Source: Staphylococcus phage Machias
Sequence record: MW349128.1
Reading direction: 5' to 3' (one strand)
Length of the DNA stretch: 64,000 nucleotides
Below are positions 9,693 to 19,760 of this stretch, piece after piece. The translations under genes were made by a program, and so were the position numbers. Position 1 is the stretch's first letter, and the number at the start of each line of letters is the position of its first letter. The notes beneath the pieces are model-generated. The model was not told where the DNA came from. It saw nothing but the letters and a program-made list of their open reading frames with translations, and did not search any database.

Positions 9693-10937
9693 ATGGTAGA
9701 AGATTTATATGAAAATGATATATTTATCTTTGATTTAAAAAATAATGATTTAAATGAAGATGATAAATATATGGTTAATAAGTTTATTACAAATTTGTTC
9801 TATAGATATTCACTTGCAGAAGGTATAGATAATTTGAATATTTTAAATTCAAAAGAAGTAAAAATAAATGATAATATTAAGATTATCAAAATAAGAAATT
9901 TTAATAATTTAAAAAATGGTGACATATTAGCTTCATTAATATTAAATTATTACCATACTGAAAATTTAGATTTAAAAGAAATATTAAAGGATAATTTAAT
10001 TAAAGAAATAAATATGGAAGATAATTATTATATGAATAAAGATATAAATGTATTAATTAAATTTATGTATATCAGTAAATTTACTTATGATAATGATTTA
10101 AATGAAATTAATATTGATATAGATGAATATTTCTCTAACGAAACAGATATTGCATATATAGTTAAATTAATAAAAGATGAAGATATGAACTTCTTTAAAG
10201 AGAACACACATATAATGAGTTTAAAGTATATTAATGAAATAGGTATAACTCAATTATTTAATAAAATATTTTATACTAAATCTTTTAATAAAGATAAAGA
10301 AGAAAAATTTATTAAAACCGTAATTGATTATATTTATACTGGAACTAAAAATAAAACGTACAGTAATAAAATATTAATTATGAATGAGTTGTATGGTGTA
10401 TTTGGAAGAAAATATAAAAAACCTAGTAACGATATATTAAATTATATTGAAAATACAGTGGATAATATCATTAAGAATAAAGTTAAAGATAGTAAATATA
10501 AAGAATTTGATAAAAAGTATTTAATTGAAAGAATAAGAATTTTTAATAGAAATATAAAAGATATAGGTGTTTATAATAGAATAGATAATTATTTAAAATA
10601 TGATAAAGAAACTTACTTAGGTGATAATGATGATATAGTTAAAGCATTCTTTTTCAATAATTATCAATATGATAGTATTTTTCGTTTATGTGTAATATTT
10701 AAAAATAAATTACCTGAAAAGGAAAATGTTGAAGAATTCTTTATTAAATTATTAGATTTAATTAATAAAAATACAACTACAACAGAGAAGAAAAAACTTA
10801 TGAAAGATATTTTAAACCCTAGTTTTAATAATATTGATAAATTTAAATATAACGATCCAAGCTTTTTAGTTAGTAAATCTAAAGGAGAGCTTAAGAGAAT
10901 AATCATGCACAATACAGTTAAGAAAACATTTATTTAA
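9693..10937 (+). CDS. hypothetical protein (414 aa)
   Basis: ORF with RBS taaggagatg. Confidence 0.55.
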   Translation: MVEDLYENDIFIFDLKNNDLNEDDKYMVNKFITNLFYRYSLAEGIDNLNILNSKEVKINDNIKIIKIRNFNNLKNGDILASLILNYYHTENLDLKEILKDNLIKEINMEDNYYMNKDINVLIKFMYISKFTYDNDLNEINIDIDEYFSNETDIAYIVKLIKDEDMNFFKENTHIMSLKYINEIGITQLFNKIFYTKSFNKDKEEKFIKTVIDYIYTGTKNKTYSNKILIMNELYGVFGRKYKKPSNDILNYIENTVDNIIKNKVKDSKYKEFDKKYLIERIRIFNRNIKDIGVYNRIDNYLKYDKETYLGDNDDIVKAFFFNNYQYDSIFRLCVIFKNKLPEKENVEEFFIKLLDLINKNTTTTEKKKLMKDILNPSFNNIDKFKYNDPSFLVSKSKGELKRIIMHNTVKKTFI

Positions 10938-10956
10938 AAGAAAGAGGTTATGCGAT

Positions 10957-11679
10957 ATGTTAGTAAAGGAGAATAAAGAAGTGAAGTTAAAGAATAGAGA
11001 CAGTATACGTATAGATCAATTAATGACAATTAATTTAAATGATCCATCTTCAAAGAATATTATTACTTTTCAGTTATTACTGGAAAGTAATATTTTAAGT
11101 TGTTATATTAAAGATAATCTAGATAAAACGTTATTTACTAAAAATGAGTTAAACAAATATGAAGAATTTATAAATTATACCATAGACAATTTTGAATCTG
11201 AAGGTATAAGAATTAATGGAAAAGAGGATAAATTTTTAACTGATCTATTAAGAAAAGCATCAATTAAAAGATTAGTTAAAATGGTAGACTCTGATACTAT
11301 GATTATTAATGATAAATATCTATTTATTAATCGATTAATTAATATAGGAACTAAAATTAAAGAAGATGATTCCAAGTATATTTCGGATGTAATATACATC
11401 AATTTTAAAGATGAAGTTAATCAAAATAAATTAAATAAAATTATATTAAATCCTAATTTACAATCTGTAATAGAATATCTAATTCATAGGAATTTAATTA
11501 AAGAAATTGATGAAAAAATATTATACAAATGGATTATGTTTTTAGATGAGAATATTAGTAAATGTAAAAGTACTGTATATTATAGGTTAAATCATAGCTT
11601 AGTTAGTTTAATAAATAAGTATAATAATATACAAGAAGCTAAAGGTTATTTAGGATATGAAAGATTAGAATTAGAATGA
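10957..11679 (+). CDS. hypothetical protein (240 aa)
   Basis: ORF with RBS gaaagaggtt. Confidence 0.55.
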   Translation: MLVKENKEVKLKNRDSIRIDQLMTINLNDPSSKNIITFQLLLESNILSCYIKDNLDKTLFTKNELNKYEEFINYTIDNFESEGIRINGKEDKFLTDLLRKASIKRLVKMVDSDTMIINDKYLFINRLINIGTKIKEDDSKYISDVIYINFKDEVNQNKLNKIILNPNLQSVIEYLIHRNLIKEIDEKILYKWIMFLDENISKCKSTVYYRLNHSLVSLINKYNNIQEAKGYLGYERLELE

Positions 11680-11733
11680 TTTAATATTTTTAGATATTAT
11701 TATAGATAACTTTAAATAAGGAGAGAATAAATA

Positions 11734-11946
11734 ATGAACCCATCCAGTCCAACTAGTCCTCTAAACCCAGCTAATCCAGCTAGTCCAACTAATCCTGCAA
11801 ATATGTCAGATCATAATAATAATAGCCTTAACGAATCATTATTTAACTTTCCAGATTCTTTCTTAGAGTTTATAATAACGTTTGGTGTGTTAACAATTAT
11901 TTTATTTGGTATTTTCTTTGCAATTTCATTTATTAGAAATTATTAA
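11734..11946 (+). CDS. small tail-anchored membrane protein (Pro/Ser/Asn-repeat N-terminus, C-terminal TM helix)
   Basis: PTSPLNPANPASPTNPAN repeats; hydrophobic stretch FIITFGVLTIILFGIFFAISFI; RBS aaggagag. Confidence 0.5.
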   Translation: MNPSSPTSPLNPANPASPTNPANMSDHNNNSLNESLFNFPDSFLEFIITFGVLTIILFGIFFAISFIRNY

Positions 11947-11954
11947 AATATATT

Positions 11955-11984
11955 CCCCTAATACTATTAATTTAGTATTAGGGG
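11955..11984. terminator. bidirectional terminator, conserved family (CCCCTAATACT / ATTAATTT / AGTATTAGGGG)
   Basis: perfect 11-bp stem between convergent genes; same stem/loop family at 26477, 47725, 59675, 61421. Confidence 0.75.
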
Positions 11985-11998
11985 AAAATTATTATTTT

Positions 11999-12274
11999 TT
12001 ATTTCTTACTGTCTAATTCAGCTAATTTTAATTTAGCTTTAGTCGCATATTTTTGACGGATTATATCACGCCATTTTTTACGAGCACGAGCAGCTTTTTG
12101 ATATTTAAAGTAAATTGGATCTTGAGCTTCTTTAGCAGCAACTAAAGCTAATTGGTTCAATCTACGTTTACGTTTAGTTTGTTCATCTAAACGCATGATA
12201 TTTTGCTCACGTAAAAGAGCTTCATCAGTAGCTTTCATAATTTGCTCTTCTAGTGGAGATAAATTATTAGACAA
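11999..12274 (-). CDS. small basic (K/R-rich) protein, possible nucleic-acid-binding
   Basis: ORF of 91 aa; KRKRRLNQ and KKWRDIIRQKYATKAKLK segments. Confidence 0.45.
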   Translation of the reverse strand: MSNNLSPLEEQIMKATDEALLREQNIMRLDEQTKRKRRLNQLALVAAKEAQDPIYFKYQKAARARKKWRDIIRQKYATKAKLKLAELDSKK

Positions 12275-12406
12275 AATATTTCACATCTCTTTCTTAGATT
12301 TATTTAGTTTATTAATAAATAGTATGTTTTGTTAATGATAGTTTAAAAATTTTAATAATAAAGAATAACTAGATTTTTATAATTATGTAGGAGGTTAGTA
12401 AACCAA

Positions 12407-13409
12407 ATGACAACAGAATTAAAGAATAAAGAAGAAAGAAAAAGAGCTTTAACTGGATATTTAGAACAATTGGTATGGATGGTTCAAAAGAATAATCCTG
12501 ATTTTGATAAAGAAGAAATATTAAAAGAATGTAGAGAATTTGTAAAAGAAAATGTTAAACCTGTTATGACAGAGGTATCAGGTCAAGAAATGAATGTTGA
12601 TTCTTTATTACGTACAGTTATTAATTCAAATTTAATAGTAACTGGATCAGGTTCGATTTATCAAACACAATCACAAAGAAAAAATTTAAATGCAGAGATG
12701 TTAAAAGACTTCATTGATTCACGTAAAGTAGCTAAACATAATATGTTTATAAGTAAAGGTGTAGACGATGTTAAATATCATAAATATATGAATGAACAAA
12801 AAACAATTAAGATCTTGGCTAATAGTTACTATGGTGCTATGATACAAGGAAATAGTATTTTCTATGATCCTTATTCAGGACCTGCTATCACATATAGTGG
12901 TGTTGATATTGTTACGACTTCAGCAATAGCTTTAGAAAGATTTATAGGTAGTAAAATATTCTTTATGAATATTAGTGAGATTTATAATTATATCGTAAGA
13001 ATATGTCAAGAAGAATATAAAGATCATGATATTAAGATAAATTCAGTTCCTACTGATAATGAAATATTAAAAGGTTTATTGGATAACGTAGAATATAATT
13101 TCTCTGAAGATGAAGAAAATGATTTAAAAGAATTCTTTAGTAATTTAACTCAAGATGAGAAAAATAGAGTTTATTTTAAAAATAATCTTTATGGTTTATT
13201 AGATCACACTGATATATTTGATAATAAAATTAGTAAAATGACAGGTAGAGAAGATTTCTTAGATCCGAACGAACCACCTGAAGATATGATACCATTATTA
13301 GATGAATTATTTGATATATTAGAAGACTGGGTTATTTATAATTATCAAGATTACAATAGAATGTATAGAATGAATTATAAAAAACGTAGAAGTGTACTTA
13401 CAATCGATT
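12407..13409 (+). CDS. DNA polymerase family B, C-terminal subunit, exon 1 (motif B KILANSYYGAM, degenerate motif C region, KKRRSVL = KKRY motif)
   Basis: alignment to T4 gp43 (KxxxNSxYG, ...KKRYALNVWD); own strong RBS aggagg and ATG; exon ends at CGATT (13405..13409), which pairs with intron IGS GGTCG. Confidence 0.75.
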
Positions 13410-14050
13410 ATGATAACATGGTCGCTGCTTAAAGTAATTTAAGTTGATTCACATTATTAATTGCTGAGAAAGTATTTATTAAATTAATCAGCATCAATCA
13501 ATATGATTGTTCAACGACTAAATATAATGATACTCATAAAGAGTATATGATATAGTCTATTTTATATTTAAAAATATAATATTAAAGACAGATAGTAACT
13601 TCGTACATTTAGATCCATTATATCAAAAAATGAAAGAAAAGAAACCTGAAGATTTCCCTATTGCAGAAAATGGTTTAGAAGATAAATTAGAACAACGTGT
13701 AGGTAATATATCTATTATTAACTATCAAATTACTAAATTGCTAGAATTATCTTATCATAGATTCTGTAAAGATTTAGGATTAGAAGATGAACATTTAGGT
13801 GTTATATCTATGAAAAATGAGTATGTAAATGCTCCAGTATACAGTAATGTGTATTAGTAAATATTATTAATTGCTGAGACAAAATAAAATTAATCAGCAT
13901 CTTCAAATAATGAAGTTCAACGACTAAATATAATAATTCTTAATAATAAAGAATATGATATAGTCTAGTCTTATATTTAAAATATAAGTATAAACGTTTT
14001 ACTTGACAAACAGTTAACAACAGATAAAAAGAAAACTTATGCTTCATCAG
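13410..14050 (+). mobile_element. composite (twin/tandem) group I intron region: core A 13410..~13625, internal ORF 13630..13857, core B ~13825..14050
   Basis: two complete copies of P3-P4 (ATTAATTGCTGAG), P4'-P6 (AATCAGCATC..), J6/7-P7 (GTTCAACGACTAAAT), P8, P7' (GATATAGTCTA) and P9 hairpins; joining 13409 to 14051 restores ...KKRRSVLTID-L-IQQEGNLVQPPDLDVKGM, colinear with T4 ...KKRYALNVWDMEGTRYAEPKLKIMG. Confidence 0.6.
13630..13857 (+). other. 75-codon ORF between intron cores A and B: either an intron-borne ORF or an insertion exon of polB (unresolved)
   Basis: open frame with no SD sequence; does not align to the T4 gp43 KKRY-to-KIMG segment. Confidence 0.3.
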
Positions 14051-14697
14051 TAATTCAACAAGAGGGTAATTTAGTTCAACCACCAGACTTAGATGTTAAA
14101 GGTATGGCTATTAGAAAAGTTAATACTAATAAACGTATTAGAGAATTATTTACTGAAATATTACAAAAAGATATCTTAGAAAATAAAACTGGAATTGATA
14201 GAATTGGAATTATACGTAAATATAAAGAAATTGAAGAAATGATTAAAAAATCATTAGAGAATGGTGATATTGAATTCTTAAAACCTGGTAAAGCTAATAA
14301 CGCAGAAGTATATAAAGATCCTTATACACAAATGAATTATAGAGCAGCTTTATCATGGAATTTAATGTATCCAGATAAAGAAATATCTCTTCCAGCAAAT
14401 ATCTTAATGGTTAAATTAAATATTAAATCATTTGGAGATATTAAGGATAAAGTTGATGATGAAGAATTATTAGATAAATTTAGAGAAGTATTTAGAAACG
14501 AAAGATTAGTTAAAAATGGAATGAATGTAATTGCAGTTGAAGGTAATACAATTCCTGAAGAATTTAGACCTTTTATTGATTATGATTCAATGATAGAAGA
14601 TCATATTAAACCAGGTAAAGATATTATTGAATCTATTGGAGTTAAAGTGTTAGAATCTTCAAATAGTTCTTTCGTATCAAATATGGTTAAATTTTAA
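14051..14697 (+). CDS. DNA polymerase family B, C-terminal subunit, last exon (thumb region)
   Basis: in-frame continuation ...QQEGNLVQPPDLDVKGMAIRKVNTNK aligns to T4 MEGTRYAEPKLKIMGLETQKSSTPK; omega-G at 14050. Confidence 0.65.
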
Positions 14698-14720
14698 AAA
14701 AAAAAAGGAGGGTATATTTA

Positions 14721-15224
14721 ATGAGATACTTTTTATTTAAACCTAAAAAGTTTCAAGAACTATTTGAAACTGAAAAGAAATTATCATCTGTCTTTGAATA
14801 TTATAGAGATATGAAAAAAGATATTGTATTTAAAGTTGATGAAAATGATGATATTTTTATGATGTTATATAATATTTTAAGTGATGAAATATTACCTTTT
14901 ATAAGATGTAAAGTATACAATAAAAAAGATGGAGAAATACTAAAAGCATCAGAATTATATGTCCCTATTAGTTTGGATATTCATAAAGAAATAAATATAA
15001 ATAAAAATAGTATAGAGTATGATTCTAACATGCCTTATAAACATGGTTTAATTGAATGTCCATCTATTGACGAAGATAATACTAACAATTATCTTCGTTT
15101 AAATTTTCAATATAATGACAAAGATGATTATTTTTATATTTACTTAAATGATATTTATGCTATTTTTGAAGAGATAGATAAAACAGAATTTATGAAAATA
15201 GAAACTAAAAAGAATTTTATGTAG
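14721..15224 (+). CDS. hypothetical protein (167 aa)
   Basis: ORF with RBS aaaggaggg. Confidence 0.5.
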   Translation: MRYFLFKPKKFQELFETEKKLSSVFEYYRDMKKDIVFKVDENDDIFMMLYNILSDEILPFIRCKVYNKKDGEILKASELYVPISLDIHKEININKNSIEYDSNMPYKHGLIECPSIDEDNTNNYLRLNFQYNDKDDYFYIYLNDIYAIFEEIDKTEFMKIETKKNFM

Positions 15225-15283
15225 ATTGAAAAAATTTATTATTTTCATATAAAAATTCTTGCTTAATTTTTAATTTTATGTTA

Positions 15284-15300
15284 AAATATATATTATAAAA
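15284..15300 (+). promoter_or_regulatory. promoter-like motif AAATATATATTATAAAA
   Basis: consensus copy 60 nt upstream of gene 15362; followed by weak hairpin AGAATA..TATTCT. Confidence 0.45.
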
Positions 15301-15361
15301 ACGAGAATATGTCACTATTAAAATTAAACTTATTCTTAATAAATTTGGAGAGTGAAAAGAA

Positions 15362-16672
15362 ATGGCAAAACAATCAGATGTATTTAGTAAAAAGAAATCA
15401 TTATATAGAAAAAATGGTAGAAAAATACCTTCTAAGTTTAGAAAGATGGATGTAGATGGTACTTGGTTTTATAGATTTGATCATAATAGATTTATCATTG
15501 ATAATTTAACTAGATTTATGGAAGATAAAGAATTAAAAAAATTATTAAATGATTATAGAAATAATTATGATAATAAAGAAAAATTTAATAATGATTGTTA
15601 CTTCTTTGAATTAGATAAAGATATACCTAAATTAAATAAATCTCAATTAAAGATATTCTTCACTCATTTATCTAGAAAACATATTGGAAAAGATTTCTTA
15701 AAAAATATTACTTTGAAAGATAATTCTAAATTAGAAATAAAAGAATTTGATGATTTAGAAATATGGTCAAGAGAACCTGATAAAGAAGAAGTATATGACG
15801 TTGGTTATCTTGATATGAAAGATTATAGAATGATTGCTCATATTGATCATGAAAATGAAGAAATTGTTATTCATACAGATATTGAAGAAGAAAATCCAAA
15901 ATCATATAGTACTTTAATTAGTTCTTTAGAATCAATTGAAATTGATGATTATTATGAAGATATTAGCTCTGATGAAATAAGAATTAAATTAAATGACTTT
16001 AATTTAAGAAAAGTATTTAATAAGACTAATAGTAAAATATTTAAAGTTATTTTACCAGTTACTTATAATTATGAAGGTTTTGATGATCAAGTGTCCTTCT
16101 TATTTGATAATTTCAGTAAAACATATATTAAACAACTTGAAAAAGAAGAATACGATAAGAAAATGCCTATCGGAGGACAACCTTATCATTTAAGACCTGA
16201 AAATAGACCTTATTATGCTAAACGTAGAATAATTAAAGATTGGAATATTTATGAAATATTTGATGAAGATAAAGATGGATATAAATTATTCAGTGTTAAA
16301 GATGATCAAGGGTTTATTTATTTAATATACTATATTGGTAAGAATTATCATGGTAAAGGTATAATAGTTAACGGTAAAGAATCTCCAGAACTTCAAGATC
16401 CGTCTAATTATAGAAAATCAGTTAAATTAAAAGATATTTATTACAGTGTATTAATTTCACAAGCTAAATATAATCTAATGAAGAAAAATAAATTTGATAT
16501 TTATACAGCTTTTGATACATCCAACCCTAAATATATGACAATTTCAGATGAAGAAAATATTCATACAACTGATTTCTTAATACCTGAAAGACCATTTAAA
16601 ATTAGACAAACTAAATTTAGAGAAGATAAAATATCAAATTTAAAAGATAAATTCGTAGAGGAGTTTGAATAG
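15362..16672 (+). CDS. hypothetical protein (436 aa)
   Basis: ORF with RBS ggagagtgaaaag. Confidence 0.55.
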   Translation: MAKQSDVFSKKKSLYRKNGRKIPSKFRKMDVDGTWFYRFDHNRFIIDNLTRFMEDKELKKLLNDYRNNYDNKEKFNNDCYFFELDKDIPKLNKSQLKIFFTHLSRKHIGKDFLKNITLKDNSKLEIKEFDDLEIWSREPDKEEVYDVGYLDMKDYRMIAHIDHENEEIVIHTDIEEENPKSYSTLISSLESIEIDDYYEDISSDEIRIKLNDFNLRKVFNKTNSKIFKVILPVTYNYEGFDDQVSFLFDNFSKTYIKQLEKEEYDKKMPIGGQPYHLRPENRPYYAKRRIIKDWNIYEIFDEDKDGYKLFSVKDDQGFIYLIYYIGKNYHGKGIIVNGKESPELQDPSNYRKSVKLKDIYYSVLISQAKYNLMKKNKFDIYTAFDTSNPKYMTISDEENIHTTDFLIPERPFKIRQTKFREDKISNLKDKFVEEFE

Positions 16673-16675
16673 TAT

Positions 16676-17410
16676 ATGGAGGATAATGAATATATGTATA
16701 CAGAAGATGAAATGAATACAGGTCATATAGTTGCGGATTGTGATGAAGTTTTAGTCAATATATCGCCAAAGATAGTTCAATTAATGCATGAAGATTATGA
16801 ATATTATAATCAATTCTTTAGATTATCTGAAGATTTTGATTATAATAAACATTATGATGTAATATTAAGTAGACCTGAATACTATATAGATCAATGGTTA
16901 GTTAGAAAAGATGTTTATAATAACTTTTCAGAAAAAGAAGTTAATGAAGCAAGAGAAAGACTACAAAATGAAATTATATTTAAAAAAGATTTATATGATG
17001 AACTTCAACCAACTAATTTAGGTAGAAGTTTATCATATACCATTAATACACCGTTAATGAATAAATTAACTATCGTTACTAAAACTTCAGATAATAATCT
17101 AAAATCTAAAGAGAAGTTTTTAAAAACTTTATTTAGAGGAAGTATGGATAAAGTTGATATATTCTACTTAGAACCAGATGAGAAAAAATCTGATGTGATT
17201 AATTCTTTAGGATATGTTACTAGAATATATGAAGATGAAGTAAGTAATATTAGTGATATTATAAAGAACTGTCAAAATGTAACACAAACAGGAATTGATA
17301 TTCCTTCATTGGGATATAATCAAGATATCGATGAAGGAACGATATTAAAAGCTAAAGAAAAGAAAATTGATTTAAACTATTTCAGTTATATGGGACAAAG
17401 TATTAAATAA
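16676..17410 (+). CDS. hypothetical protein (244 aa)
   Basis: ORF with RBS tatggagg, tightly coupled to the upstream gene. Confidence 0.55.
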   Translation: MEDNEYMYTEDEMNTGHIVADCDEVLVNISPKIVQLMHEDYEYYNQFFRLSEDFDYNKHYDVILSRPEYYIDQWLVRKDVYNNFSEKEVNEARERLQNEIIFKKDLYDELQPTNLGRSLSYTINTPLMNKLTIVTKTSDNNLKSKEKFLKTLFRGSMDKVDIFYLEPDEKKSDVINSLGYVTRIYEDEVSNISDIIKNCQNVTQTGIDIPSLGYNQDIDEGTILKAKEKKIDLNYFSYMGQSIK

Positions 17411-17412
17411 AC

Positions 17413-17470
17413 AAATAATCCATGTTTGACAAATTCAAGTCAAACATGGATTTATTATAATTTTTTTTTT
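17413..17470. terminator. rho-independent terminator (AATCCATGTTTGAC / loop / GTCAAACATGGATT + T10)
   Basis: 14-bp perfect stem followed by a poly-T run. Confidence 0.75.
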
Positions 17471-17508
17471 ATAAAAATTGACATTGAGGAAGGAAATTAA
17501 AATGAAAA

Positions 17509-17802
17509 ATGGACATTAAAGATTTCATAATAGTTTTTTCTTTATTCTATCTTATTTTAGTTGCTATACCGTCTGTAATATTCTTAAGTAAAATTAATTA
17601 CAAAAAGAGTAATAAAATTATTATATTATTCTTTAATATAATAATCGTTTTATTTATATGTATTACTGTATTACTGTATAATTTATTTAATAAAGAAGAT
17701 AATAAAGAATCACTAAAATATTATAATAAAGAAGAAAATATAATAGATTATTATATCGAAAAAGATATTAATCCATTATTAAAAGAAAGTGATGTGAAAT
17801 AG
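17509..17802 (+). CDS. small membrane protein (two predicted TM helices)
   Basis: FIIVFSLFYLILVAIPSVIFL and IIILFFNIIIVLFICITVLLY hydrophobic segments. Confidence 0.5.
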   Translation: MDIKDFIIVFSLFYLILVAIPSVIFLSKINYKKSNKIIILFFNIIIVLFICITVLLYNLFNKEDNKESLKYYNKEENIIDYYIEKDINPLLKESDVK

Positions 17803-17805
17803 TAA

Positions 17806-18957
17806 ATGAAAGTAGATATGATAGATATTGAACAAGTCATAACTGATACAAATGCTAAAGAAGTAACCAATCCTGTATTTTTCGATTCAGGTATACTACC
17901 AAAAGAAGATGGTTTATTTTCATATGATATATTTGGTTTAATAGGTACTCCTGAAAGAAAAACCAATTTAGGTTGGATTAATTTAAAGGATAAATACCTT
18001 AATCCGGTGGCTTATAAAGCATTAAAAGATTTAGATAAAAATATTGAACTATGTATTCAGGGTTCAGAGTATTTTAAAGTAGAAAAAGGTCAATTAGTTC
18101 CTTCAGAAGATGGAGATACTGGACTGAATTTCTTATATGAAGTATTTGATGATTTAAAATTTAGAAAGAATGATTCTCGTATTAGATCTGAAAAAATTGA
18201 TATGATTAAAAATACAGATAAGCAAAAAATATTTGTAGATAAATGGCTAGTAATACCTGCTTTTTATAGAGACTTTAATCCTAATGAAACTTCAGGAGAA
18301 ATTCAAGATACTGAAGAAGTTAATAATATGTATTCTTCTATTATACGTTCTGTAGATGCTATTAGTTTTAATTCTTTTGGTTTTATTGCTAACAGTACTA
18401 AATATAATATACAAAATACATTATTTGAAATATATCAGAAATTTACTTCAGGAGAATTATCAGGTAAAACTGGTTTTATGCAAAAACGTATATTGGGTAA
18501 AACAGTAGATAATAGTACTCGTGCAGTTATTTCTTCACCTAAAATTAATTCGAATAGATGGGATGAAATGCAGATAGAGTTTGGTGAGTTAGGTGTACCA
18601 TTAACTCAATTAGTTACCTTATTTTTACCATTCTTTAATAAGTATATAATTGATTTTATTGAACTTCATAAAGATGCTTTCCAAACAGCTACTGGAAATG
18701 ATGAGAAAGAATTATCATTAGAAGAAGTGTATGAACAATTCGATGATAAATCTATTAAGAATATGCTAGAATTCTTTATTAAAGATCCTAATGAAAGATT
18801 TAGTCCTATATATGTAAATGATAGAGAAGGTAAACGCCATAAAGTTAAATTATTTGAAAAAACTTTGGGTAGAGATTTTACTGTAATTGATTTACTTTAT
18901 ATTGCTGCAACCGAAATAGTAGAAGATAAGCATGTTATGTATTCAAGATATCCGATT
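17806..18957 (+). CDS. multisubunit RNA polymerase beta-prime-like subunit, N-terminal half, exon 1
   Basis: PKEDGLFSYDIFG ~ E. coli KPERDGLFCARIFGP; GKTGFMQKRILGKTVDNSTRAVIS ~ [23 protein letters not shown]; exon ends MYSRYPI (NRAPTLH region) at CGATT 18953..18957. Confidence 0.75.
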
Positions 18958-19152
18958 AATAAAATGGTCGCTGCTTAAAGTGATTTAAGTTGATAAACAT
19001 TGTTAATTGCTGAAATACTATTAATAAAGTTAATCAGCATCAATTAAATATAATTGTTCAACGACTAAATGCAATGATACTATTTAATAGTATATAATAT
19101 AGTCTAATTTATATAATACTTATATAAATATAATAAATGCGAAAATTTCTTG
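18958..19152 (+). mobile_element. group I intron C (compact, no ORF)
   Basis: first 31 nt identical to intron A (ATGGTCGCTGCTTAAAGTRATTTAAGTTGAT, IGS GGTCG); cores TTAATTGCTGAAA / AATCAGCATC / GTTCAACGACTAAATGC / ATATAGTCTA; 3' end approximate. Confidence 0.65.
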
Positions 19153-19341
19153 AACGTAGCACCTGCTAAAATTAAAATATTAACTACTGTTGATACTATT
19201 CCAGAAATAATTTTAGATGATATAGTATTAAAAGATTACCCTAAAGTAGTAAGAGAGTATCCTGTTGATGAAGATATTTTCTTAGATACTGCAATCATAC
19301 ACAATTCATATGCTCAAGCACTTGGTGCAGATTTTGATGGC
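19153..19341 (+). CDS. RNAP beta-prime N-half, exon 2 (ends ...AQALGADFDG = first part of the NADFDGD catalytic motif)
   Basis: in-frame segment ending GADFDG immediately before intron D; start boundary uncertain (ORF track 19150..19365 reads through into the intron). Confidence 0.5.
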
Positions 19342-19491
19342 AAAATTTTATATTACCATCATTAAATAATATTAATTGCTGGAAAATCTAATAAGATAAT
19401 CAGCATCAACTTAATAAAAGTTGTTCAACGACTAAATATATTACTAAAGAAGATATAGTCTAATTATATGTAAATACATGTATATAAAATG
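19342..19491 (+). mobile_element. group I intron D (compact, no ORF)
   Basis: ATTAATTGCTGGAAAA / AATCAGCATCAAC / GTTCAACGACTAAATAT / GATATAGTCTAATT; omega-G at 19491. Confidence 0.65.
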
Positions 19492-19635
19492 GATATGATT
19501 TCAATACGCTCTTTATGGTCTGTAGAAGCAAATAAAGAAGCTGATAAACTTATTAATAAGAAAACTAATTACTTAAACTACACAGGAAATAGTATACGTG
19601 GAGTTGGTAATGAGAGTAAGTTTGTATGCTCTCAA
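19492..19635 (+). CDS. RNAP beta-prime N-half, exon 3 (DMISIRSLWSVEANKEADKLI...)
   Basis: aligns to E. coli [21 protein letters not shown] directly after NADFDG; the 3' end could lie anywhere 19606..19635. Confidence 0.5.
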
Positions 19636-19760
19636 TAAATTTCATTAATTGCTGGAAAAACAAAATTAATCAGCATCAACTTAATAAAAGTTGTTCAACG
19701 ACTAAATATGAAAATGATTTAAATATCATAAGATATAGTCTAATTATCATAAATATATGG
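19636..19760 (+). mobile_element. group I intron E (compact, no ORF)
   Basis: ATTAATTGCTGGAAAAA / AATCAGCATCAAC / GTTCAACGACTAAATATG / GATATAGTCTAATT, nearly identical to intron D; boundaries approximate. Confidence 0.6.

Noticed and set aside
12407-18978. Two ORF-track proteins (12407..13432 and 17806..18978) both ending ...KMVAA / ...NMVAA, as if they shared a C-terminal motif.
   Set aside because: The shared codons ATGGTCGCTGCTTAA are the first nucleotides of two near-identical group I introns, including the GGTCG internal guide. The real exons end at CGATT, 13-15 nt upstream.
19150-19365. ORF-track entries 19150..19365, 13630..13857 and 33959..34363 as independent small genes.
   Set aside because: 19150..19365 and 33959..34363 are internal exons of RNAP beta-prime and polB read through into flanking introns (no RBS, TTG 'starts'). 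13630..13857 is either an intron ORF or an exon and is kept only as a low-confidence feature.
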